Below, piece after piece: positions 39,301-47,225 of a stretch of DNA of 64,000 bases. Position 1 is the first letter of the stretch; the number at the start of each line of letters is the position of its first letter. The stretch spans positions 367 to 64,366 of the forward strand of contig CAZETW010000001.1 in assembly GCA_964515295.1 (NCBI GenBank), in the 5' to 3' direction. This DNA comes from an uncultured bacterium (GTDB lineage: Bacteria > Zhuqueibacterota > QNDG01 > CAYUAG01). The notes beneath the pieces are model-generated. The model was not told the DNA's origin. It saw nothing but the letters and a program-made list of their open reading frames with translations, and searched no databases. Both the position numbers and the translations under genes were made by a program.

Positions 39301-40999
39301 TCTGGGTAGGACGGGATGAACCGTCACCGCAATCTGCAGGCTGCGGAATACTCCCGACAACATTGGCATCCTTAAAATTATCTGTCGTTATTGACTCAGT
39401 GGAGTATCTTATGTCATAACTGGATGCCTGACCGGTAAATCCATCATCTCCCACTGCAGTCCACTGGAGTGTAATACTGGAGGCTGATTTGGAAATCGGG
39501 GTAATATCAGTAATTCTGTTGGGAGAAACCAGATCCTCATATGATGTTGACACTTTAACAAAATCTATCTTCAGATCTTTTTCAGGAGTACTGCCGCGAA
39601 AAGTCACTCCGGAATAATAATTTGTATCAGGATTTAAAGGAGGTTTATTTGCATAATCGCTCAATTCAAAAATCACTTCTTTTGGGTTTGAAGGAGGCGG
39701 ATTTACTTCATTCATAAGCTTTACACTGAAGTTAGTTCTGGTTTCAGTTATGATATAGGTAACTGACAAACTGTCGCCATTACGAGGATTCAGAAACGCT
39801 TTCCTCTCAATCTGATCGGAAATTATTCCATTCACCACTTTATGCAGTCTGGCATATCCACTATATACAAACACCATATATCCGTTTACTATTGATATAT
39901 CAGTGGTATCACATGCCACTAACAATCCCACTCCGCTGGTTATACTGTTATCAGAGCTCGATTGCTCATGATATCCCATGGTAATAGAATTAAATCCTCT
40001 GGATTTATGCCAGATAGCTAAATCCTGCCAGGAAGAACCCTCATCAAAAGTATATATATACCCCCCATTTGCATTAGTAGTTAAAATTGATCTGCTTGCA
40101 GTCCAATTCTGCAAATCACCTAAACGTCCTGGCATAGTAGAAAATTCATCTCTTATGGAAAGAGCAAGTTCATTTTCTATATACATACTGAATACATCTG
40201 CCATTTTTATATATCCATCTTCATTGGGATGAATATGATCTTCATTAGGACTGATAGGACCGTCATCCTGTCCGTAATATTTATTCTGGTTACTGTAAAG
40301 GGCAGCGTGCATATTTATAATTGTCACTCTGGCCTGTTCATCATTGCTTAAATTATTATATATAATATCAATTTTAGAATTATAATCTAAAATCCTGGCA
40401 TTAACACCAGGATAATCATTAAACGGTGCTCTGGGTATTATTTTACATAAGAATATATTATCAACTGTGTTACCGCCTGCGTCATAATCCAGCAGGGCCT
40501 GTAAGAGATTCTCCAGTTCTTCCTGAACAGAAACTCGAAAACCACCCGAAATCGGCTGGTCTGAGCCCATATCATTTGTTCCGATATGGAGCAGTATAAT
40601 ATCAGGAAATTTTCCTGCCATACGTAGATTATCAAGAGTAACTTCAACATCAAAGGGATTATTAGGCTGAGGCTGCAGATCCGGACTGTATGAAGGGAAA
40701 TAGGCATCGGGGATAAACTGTTCTATGGTTGCTCCGTCATGCCATTCACCATCATAAAACCCATCATCCTGTGGACCTACCATCTCGATAGTAAACCCTG
40801 CATTGCTAAGGTTATCATAAAGATGGTCCCTGTACCCATGTTCACCGGGTATGGGAGCAGCATTATGCGCTTTACCCCAGGTAATTGAATTCCCCAAAGG
40901 CATTACTTTAATTTGAGCTTGTATGGTTCCTGATAATAAGCAAGTAAATACTATACTTAAAAACCAGATTCTTCTCATTCTATGTATGATAGCCTCCAT
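33341..40999 (-). CDS. Giant (2552 aa) T9SS-secreted adhesin-like protein: N-terminal SGNH/GDSL hydrolase domain, 10 or more invasin/intimin-type Big_1 Ig-like repeats, FN3/cadherin-like domains, C-terminal T9SS CTD
   Basis: Signal peptide (probable start at internal [11 protein letters not shown], ~40978). SGNH blocks GNSITWG (block I Ser), LHIGTNDMG (III), [10 protein letters not shown] (V). Repeated V.V.D..GNPV....VTF.V..G.G Big_1 units. C-terminus [38 protein letters not shown]...GIYIYRL. Confidence 0.85.
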   Translation of the reverse strand: [2552 protein letters not shown]

Positions 41000-41243
41000 A
41001 AATCTATTCCTCCTCAGGCATTAAAATAATATTTTTATTCATGATTTATTAACTGAGCAAAAAAAATGCCAGAAAAATACTATTCGAATATAAGTTGTTG
41101 CTTCTAATAAATTTAAGCATAAAAAATAATATTTTCATTATTAAATATAGCATAATTCTAACAAATATCAACCGAAATTAATCCAACTGAACAAATTTCT
41201 ACCAATTACAGAAAAATAAACATTTTGCAAATACTAAATATTT

Positions 41244-42380
41244 TTGTATATTTACTGCATGAAAAAACACTCAAATAACCCGAAAAAAGTCCCTGTCGGC
41301 ATTCTGGGAGCAACCGGAACTGTAGGACAAAAATTTATATCTTTGTTATCTCGCCATCCCTGGTTCAAAGTAAGCTGTGTTGCTGCATCACCCAGATCAG
41401 CTCAAATGCCTTTCTCAGACGCTGTAAGAGGACGCTGGATAGATAATACTGCCATACCTAAACCTATAAAAAACTTAACAGTATATAATGTAAATACTGA
41501 TATTGATACGATATCTGAAAAAATAAATTTACTGTTTTCAGCAGTCAGTATGGATAAATCAATTGTCAGAAGACTGGAAGAAAATTATGCCGCAAATGGG
41601 ATCCCAGTTGTATCCTGTAATTCAGCACACAGATGGACAGCAGATGTTCCTATGGTAATTCCTGAAATAAACCCTCATCATTTAGATGTTATTGCTATAC
41701 AGAAAAAAAACAGAAATTGGGATCAGGGTTTTATTGCTGTAAAACCGAATTGTTCTATACAATCCTATGTCCCGGTTCTGCATGCCTTAAAAACATTTCA
41801 CATTGAAAGGGTTGTGGTATCAACCTATCAGGCTGTTTCTGGAGCAGGCAAGACTCTGAAAACCTGGCCAGAGATGGCTGATAATGTCATCCCCTATATT
41901 TCCGGTGAAGAAGAAAAATCCGAACAGGAACCTCTGAAAATATGGGGTGACATTGAGAACAATAAAATCGTTAGCAGTAAAACACCTGTTATTTCATCTA
42001 CCTGTATCCGTGTACCAGTCAGTGACGGTCATCTTGTCTCTGTCAGTGTAAAATTCAAAAAAAATCCTCAAAAAAAAGAAATCATTGATGCCATTAATTC
42101 CTTTGATAATCCTCTGGATAACCTTAATCTTCCTTCATCACCTGAAAAGTTCCTTTACTATTTTGAAGATGACAGCAGACCGCAGACCAAACTGGACAGG
42201 GATCTGGACAAGGGTATGGCGATCAGTGTTGGCCGCTTACGAAAAGATCCGGTACTGGACTGGAAATTTGTAGCGTTATCCCATAATACTATCCGGGGTG
42301 CTGCCGGAGGAGCTGTCTTGATAGCAGAACTTTTGTATAAAAAAAATTACTTATCAACAAGGTTTACTAATGAAAAATAG
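41244..42380 (+). CDS. asd: Aspartate-semialdehyde dehydrogenase
   Basis: N-terminal Rossmann VGILGATGTVGQKFISLL, active-site Cys in KPNCSIQSY, C-terminal dimerisation domain. True start is probably the MKKHS Met a few codons in. Confidence 0.85.
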   Translation: MYIYCMKKHSNNPKKVPVGILGATGTVGQKFISLLSRHPWFKVSCVAASPRSAQMPFSDAVRGRWIDNTAIPKPIKNLTVYNVNTDIDTISEKINLLFSAVSMDKSIVRRLEENYAANGIPVVSCNSAHRWTADVPMVIPEINPHHLDVIAIQKKNRNWDQGFIAVKPNCSIQSYVPVLHALKTFHIERVVVSTYQAVSGAGKTLKTWPEMADNVIPYISGEEEKSEQEPLKIWGDIENNKIVSSKTPVISSTCIRVPVSDGHLVSVSVKFKKNPQKKEIIDAINSFDNPLDNLNLPSSPEKFLYYFEDDSRPQTKLDRDLDKGMAISVGRLRKDPVLDWKFVALSHNTIRGAAGGAVLIAELLYKKNYLSTRFTNEK

Positions 42381-43671
42381 ATATCATCCAGAGGCTTTAG
42401 AATTAAATCAAATTCTAAATGAAAGATCTGATACAGTTTATTTTCTTCTTTCTGACAAAGGAAAATCGATCTATTTCCCAAAGCATGGTATAGTAAAACA
42501 GGGAAAAGAAGCTAAAAATGCCAGTTTCAATGGCTCAATTGGAATGGCTATGGAAAATAACGGTGACCCTGTCTGTCTCACTTCTATACAAAATACTGTT
42601 TCACTTTCTCCTGAAGATATTGTTCCCTACGCTCCCAGTTATGGAATCCCTGAGTTAAGAAAAAAATGGAAAGAATTATTATTTGAAAAAAATCCAACTC
42701 TTAAAGACTCAATAAGTCTGCCACTTATTACCAACGGACTTACTCATGCTTTGAATATAGCAGGATTTCTATTTCTGGACCCTGGCGATAAAATTATTTT
42801 AAGTAATATATACTGGGGTAATTATAACCTTATCTACAAATCCTGCTATAATGCAGAATTTATAACATTTAACACCTTTAAAAACGGATTCGATACCAAA
42901 GACTTTGAAAAAAAATTACAAATAAACCAGGGAAAACAAATAATTCTTCTAAATTTTCCCCACAATCCAACAGGGTATACTGTAACCGAAAAAGAAGCAG
43001 CCACTCTTAAACAAATAATCCTGAACAGTGCTGAAAGAGGAAATAAAATCGTTATCATACTCGATGATGCTTATTTCGGATTAGCATATGAAAAAAATAC
43101 TATAAAGGAATCCTTTTTCTCTCACCTTTATAATTTACATGAAAATATTTTGTCTGTAAAAATCGATGGTGCCACGAAAGAATATTATGCCTGGGGATTC
43201 CGCATAGGATTTATAACCTATAATTCAAAATCCATGGACAAAGAGACTTATACTGCGCTTGAACATAAAACTGCCGGAGTTATCAGAGCCAGTATATCCA
43301 GTGTTAACCGAATATCCCAGAGTCTGCTTATCAATACCTTAAATACAAATAATTATAAAAAAGAAATGCAGGAAAAATTTGATTTATTATATTCAAGATA
43401 TCTCAGAGTTAAAAAGATACTGGAATTTAGAGAAAAGAAATATAACAATTTTTTCACTGCCTACCCATATAACTCCGGATACTTTATGTGTGTGAAAATT
43501 AAAGATGGTATTGATACTGAAGCCTTAAGAAAAATATTACTTCAGAAATACAATACGGGATTAATCGCTGAAGACAAATATCTGAGAATTGCATTTTCCA
43601 GCCTGAATGAAAAAGACATTGCCCAGGTGTTTGAAAATATATATAAGGCATGTGAAGAGCTGGACAGGTAG
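42370..43671 (+). CDS. Class I/II PLP aminotransferase (possibly LL-diaminopimelate/aspartate aminotransferase-like)
   Basis: LNFPHNPTGYT motif and PLP-lysine block DGATKEYYAWGFRIG (S-x-S/T-K...G-x-R-x-G). Start overlaps the asd stop by 11 nt, suggesting a lysine-pathway role. Confidence 0.75.
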   Translation: MKNRYHPEALELNQILNERSDTVYFLLSDKGKSIYFPKHGIVKQGKEAKNASFNGSIGMAMENNGDPVCLTSIQNTVSLSPEDIVPYAPSYGIPELRKKWKELLFEKNPTLKDSISLPLITNGLTHALNIAGFLFLDPGDKIILSNIYWGNYNLIYKSCYNAEFITFNTFKNGFDTKDFEKKLQINQGKQIILLNFPHNPTGYTVTEKEAATLKQIILNSAERGNKIVIILDDAYFGLAYEKNTIKESFFSHLYNLHENILSVKIDGATKEYYAWGFRIGFITYNSKSMDKETYTALEHKTAGVIRASISSVNRISQSLLINTLNTNNYKKEMQEKFDLLYSRYLRVKKILEFREKKYNNFFTAYPYNSGYFMCVKIKDGIDTEALRKILLQKYNTGLIAEDKYLRIAFSSLNEKDIAQVFENIYKACEELDR

Positions 43672-43714
43672 ATCGAAAATTATAAATTAATATTTACAAA
43701 TTTTGCTATAAACA

Positions 43715-44887
43715 TTACAATAAACCGGCACAAAACCGATCAGCAGAAATAATTCTAACCCCATTCTTAATTATATCTATAAATGGTTTTTTTACAACTT
43801 GGTAACAATAAGGAATGTTTAATCGATCTCTAAAATAAAAAATTGAAGGTGATATAGAAGTATCTTGAAGTTTTGCTTCAACACAAAACCAAGGTTTTCC
43901 ATCAGCAGTTACAAAAAAATCTACTTCTTTTTTATCCACATTTCTTAAATAGTTAAGCTTAACGTTATACCCCTCATATTCATATAAATAGTGAACTAAT
44001 TTTAATAAATGAGAAGCTAACATATTTTCAAATCTTGCAGATTCATCTTGCACTTCTGACCAATCAAATAAATATAATTTAGGTTCCTTTTTTATAGACC
44101 TAATTTGTTTTTTATGGTATGGATAAATCCTAAAATGATAGTAAAATAGTTCTAATATATTTAGCCAATTTGTTACTGCTCTATGACTTACTTCCAAATC
44201 TTCTCTTAAGCTATTAATAGATAAGGGAGATCCTACTCTTTCAGGCAATAAATCACTTAATAACTGCATACTGCTGATATCTCTCACTGATTCCAAATCC
44301 CTTATATCTTCCCGAAACAATCTTTCAATTCTTTCATTATGCCATCTTCGTAAAGTTCTTTCATCCTGTTTAATGAAAATCTCAGGAAACCCACCAAAGC
44401 GTTCTAAAGTATTAAAATCATTATTGTTATTATTACTTGGAAAGAATAATTCTTCTGAAATAGAAATAGTATTCTTTATCATAAGAATTTCAGCCAAAGA
44501 AAATGGATGTAGAGTATAATAATGATATCTCCCCAAAAGAGAATCTCCTCCTTTACGATAAATATTAAATCTGGCGCTTCCGGTAATCAGAAATCTTATT
44601 GTATCGCTATAAACATCATACTTACCTTTAACAAAATTTTTCCATTTTTTATATTTATGTATCTCATCAAAAATAATAAAATCACAATTTCCAGGTAATT
44701 CTCCCTGGATAATCTTTTTCCGATCTGTCCTATTATCCCAGTTAAAATAAAATGGATTTTGGAAAGAAGGTGCAACTAATTTTCTGGCAAGAGTAGTTTT
44801 ACCTACTTGTCTTGCACCTCCTAAAAATACCATTTTTTCAGATAAATCTTTTAAAATATTTCCAGTTAAATATCTATTTATTAACAT
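43715..44887 (-). CDS. AAA-family ATPase with C-terminal DUF4143 domain
   Basis: Walker A GGARQVGKTTLARKL, Walker B IIFDEIH, and a C-terminal region typical of AAA_14 + DUF4143 orphan ATPases. Confidence 0.75.
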   Translation of the reverse strand: MLINRYLTGNILKDLSEKMVFLGGARQVGKTTLARKLVAPSFQNPFYFNWDNRTDRKKIIQGELPGNCDFIIFDEIHKYKKWKNFVKGKYDVYSDTIRFLITGSARFNIYRKGGDSLLGRYHYYTLHPFSLAEILMIKNTISISEELFFPSNNNNNDFNTLERFGGFPEIFIKQDERTLRRWHNERIERLFREDIRDLESVRDISSMQLLSDLLPERVGSPLSINSLREDLEVSHRAVTNWLNILELFYYHFRIYPYHKKQIRSIKKEPKLYLFDWSEVQDESARFENMLASHLLKLVHYLYEYEGYNVKLNYLRNVDKKEVDFFVTADGKPWFCVEAKLQDTSISPSIFYFRDRLNIPYCYQVVKKPFIDIIKNGVRIISADRFCAGLL

Positions 44888-44987
44888 ACTATAATCTCAG
44901 AGTTATCAACTGTTTTTTACTAAATAAAAATAACAAAAAAATTAATAAAATACAAGTATATTTTTGCTTGTAGTCAAAAATATTCGC

Positions 44988-45012
44988 TTTTTTTTTTGCT
45001 TATAAGCAAAAA
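44988..45012. terminator. Palindromic T10-GCTTATAAGC-A5 element between the methyltransferase stop and the ATPase start; probable intrinsic terminator
   Basis: tttttttttt GCTTA|TAAGC aaaaa is a perfect 20-nt palindrome flanked by T/A runs (44988-45012). An imperfect copy TTTTTGCTTGTAGTCAAAAA lies at 44961-44980. Confidence 0.4.
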
Positions 45013-45079
45013 TATTATAATATCAAATCATCAAAATTACTAAAATCAAACTTAATGTAAACAACTGGTTTAACATAGC

Positions 45080-45910
45080 TTAACCTTGTGCTACAATTAC
45101 AAAACCGGTACCTGTCTTATTAGGCAAGTAATAATCCATCACCATGAGCAAAAACACCAGAGGAAAAATCACAATAAAATATAAAAAAGCAAAAATTTTA
45201 CCTGCTGATCCGGACTCAGAAAGTTTCATAAAATTTCTGATGCCCAGTCTCCAGGACAAATCTCCAAATATACCATAGGTATAAGTAATATCAATGTTAG
45301 AAAAACCGCTGTTTTTCAATTTTCTCATAATATCCTCTTCTGCATACCCTTCTCTTTCATGCTCATCCACAAACATCCCGTCCTTTTTATGTTTTCTGTA
45401 AATTGTAGGAGTGGAGATTATAATAAATCCACCTGGTTTGACTGCTATCTTAAGCAGATACAAAAGCCGGACATCATCCTTAATGTGTTCCAGTACATCT
45501 ACAGATAATATCAAATCAAACCTGTTTTTATAATTAATTGCTGTCAGATCTTGTTTTCGAAATTTTAATCCTTCAATTCCTGCTTTTCCTGCAAACTGAT
45601 TACATTCATCAATATAATTTTTATTAATATCTATACCTAAAATTTCAGCTTCCGGAAATTTTCTTCTGCAATAATAACAGTACTGACCGAAACCGGAACC
45701 AGCATCCAGTATATCCTTAACACTATTTTTATCCGGAAATATGGTGAGAACTTTCCTTTTAATATACCATTCCCGTAAAAAAACGATACCGGTTACCCTG
45801 TAAAAAAATTTCCGTATCAGAACACTGTTCCGCATTAAGTCTGCAATCTTATCTTTTACAGATGTATATTCCAAAATATTCTCCCTTGAAATAAATAACC
45901 CATCAAACAA
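45080..45910 (-). CDS. Class I SAM-dependent methyltransferase with C-terminal transmembrane helices
   Basis: Motif I ILDAGSGFGQY, motif post-I LGIDIN, and two hydrophobic helices at the C-terminus. No DPPY/NPPW DNA-methylase motif. Confidence 0.8.
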   Translation of the reverse strand: MFDGLFISRENILEYTSVKDKIADLMRNSVLIRKFFYRVTGIVFLREWYIKRKVLTIFPDKNSVKDILDAGSGFGQYCYYCRRKFPEAEILGIDINKNYIDECNQFAGKAGIEGLKFRKQDLTAINYKNRFDLILSVDVLEHIKDDVRLLYLLKIAVKPGGFIIISTPTIYRKHKKDGMFVDEHEREGYAEEDIMRKLKNSGFSNIDITYTYGIFGDLSWRLGIRNFMKLSESGSAGKIFAFLYFIVIFPLVFLLMVMDYYLPNKTGTGFVIVAQG

Positions 45911-45988
45911 TTTTTACTTGACAAATTAAAAAAAATTTTTTATCTTTTTATAGTAAAAAAATATTATTGTTAATAATAATCGGATTAA

Positions 45989-46066
45989 ACGAAAACCAGC
46001 AGAGCCCCTTTAAAGTCCTACCTTTAATAAATATTTTTAAAATATTTTTTCTCTGCTGGTTTTCGT
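45989..46066. repeat. Perfect 16-bp inverted repeat ACGAAAACCAGCAGAG / CTCTGCTGGTTTTCGT separated by a 46-nt AT-rich spacer
   Basis: Arms at 45989-46004 and 46051-46066 are exact reverse complements. Lies in the 192-nt gap between the GT4 stop (46103) and the methyltransferase start (45910). Confidence 0.7.
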
Positions 46067-46102
46067 GCATTAAATAAAACATCAATTCAATTTATTTTTC
46101 GA

Positions 46103-47224
46103 TTATACCATAAAGTCTTCAATAGCTTCAGTCATTCTGTCCCAGGAATATTTCTGTTTTTCTGCTCCGATATTTTTTCTGAACTCAGTTTCTTTATCCT
46201 TCTGAAAAAATCTCTTTACTTTCTCAGCAATAGCTGCCGGATCGCGCGGTTTAACGACATAACCGCATTTACCGTCTGGGACAACTTCCGGAAGTCCGCC
46301 CACAGAGGTAACCACAACCGGTTTTTGATAATGGTATGCAATTTGTACAATGCCACTCTGCGTAGCTGTCACATAAGGAAGAACAACCAGATCGGCAGCA
46401 CAAAAATAGTGGCCCACTTTTTCATTCGGAATAAATGAATCATATACCTTAACATTATCTTTGACATTCAACTCCTCTATTAAGGTAAAAATTTCTTCCC
46501 TGCCCTCATAAAACTCACCACATATCAAGAGTTTAACATCCATAGAATCAAGTATCAAAGGCATGGCTTTTATAAGATATCTGATCCCTTTATAATTACG
46601 AATAAATCCAAAATAAAGAATTACTCTTTTATCTTTTATTTGTAATATTTCTCTTGATTTTTCTTTGGATACTGCCGGAGGAAAAATCTCATATACCGGA
46701 TGGGGTATCTCTTTATATTCAGCATCAGGGCGGAATTGTAAAAGGTCAGCCAGGACTGATGCAGACTGAGCAATAAAAAAATCAATGAATTTCAGTCCTG
46801 TTCGGGTTAACAAGGTATCTCCTATTCTTCGCTCATGAGGAATAACATTATCAAGAATATACAGTATTTTTATATTCAGAAATGTCTTACAGAGGTACGA
46901 AATTGTTGCATAACAGGGAGCAAAGAAAGGCATCCAGTATTTAAATATCAGTAGGTGTGGACAAAATTTCTTTATCCAGAAAAAAGCCTTAATCCAGGTG
47001 ATTGGGTTAATTGAATCAAGTAAAGGCGCAGATTCTATATGTATGAGTTCTTTACCAGTATCCTGTTGAGTTTTACCAGGAAAAAAAAGATCTGGATATT
47101 GTCTTTTAAAGGAAAGAACTTTTACTGTATGTCCTCTTTTCTTTAAATTCTTAAATAGAAGAGCGATATAATGAGCAATCCCGCCCCGCAAAGGAAATGC
47201 AGTCCCGATCAGAACAATACGCAC
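46103..47224 (-). CDS. Glycosyltransferase family 4 (GT-B, group 1)
   Basis: 373 aa. N-terminal GGIA-type start and C-terminal E-x7-E-like region typical of GT4. Directly downstream of the GT2 gene. Confidence 0.75.
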   Translation of the reverse strand: MRIVLIGTAFPLRGGIAHYIALLFKNLKKRGHTVKVLSFKRQYPDLFFPGKTQQDTGKELIHIESAPLLDSINPITWIKAFFWIKKFCPHLLIFKYWMPFFAPCYATISYLCKTFLNIKILYILDNVIPHERRIGDTLLTRTGLKFIDFFIAQSASVLADLLQFRPDAEYKEIPHPVYEIFPPAVSKEKSREILQIKDKRVILYFGFIRNYKGIRYLIKAMPLILDSMDVKLLICGEFYEGREEIFTLIEELNVKDNVKVYDSFIPNEKVGHYFCAADLVVLPYVTATQSGIVQIAYHYQKPVVVTSVGGLPEVVPDGKCGYVVKPRDPAAIAEKVKRFFQKDKETEFRKNIGAEKQKYSWDRMTEAIEDFMV

Positions 47225-47225
47225 G

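Noticed and set aside
41000-41243. Possible lysine riboswitch or Bacteroidetes-type promoter upstream of asd
   Set aside because: No conserved L-box core (no GAGGCGC...) visible. A TAnnTTTG-like -7 box (tatttttg) is present near 41230, but the -33 spacing does not fit. Too weak to call.
45080-45910. SAM methyltransferase as part of a restriction-modification or other defence system, with the neighbouring AAA/DUF4143 ATPase
   Set aside because: No DNA-methylase catalytic motif (DPPY/NPPW/PC), small-molecule methyltransferase-type motifs plus C-terminal TM helices, no nuclease partner. The ATPase is a common orphan family.
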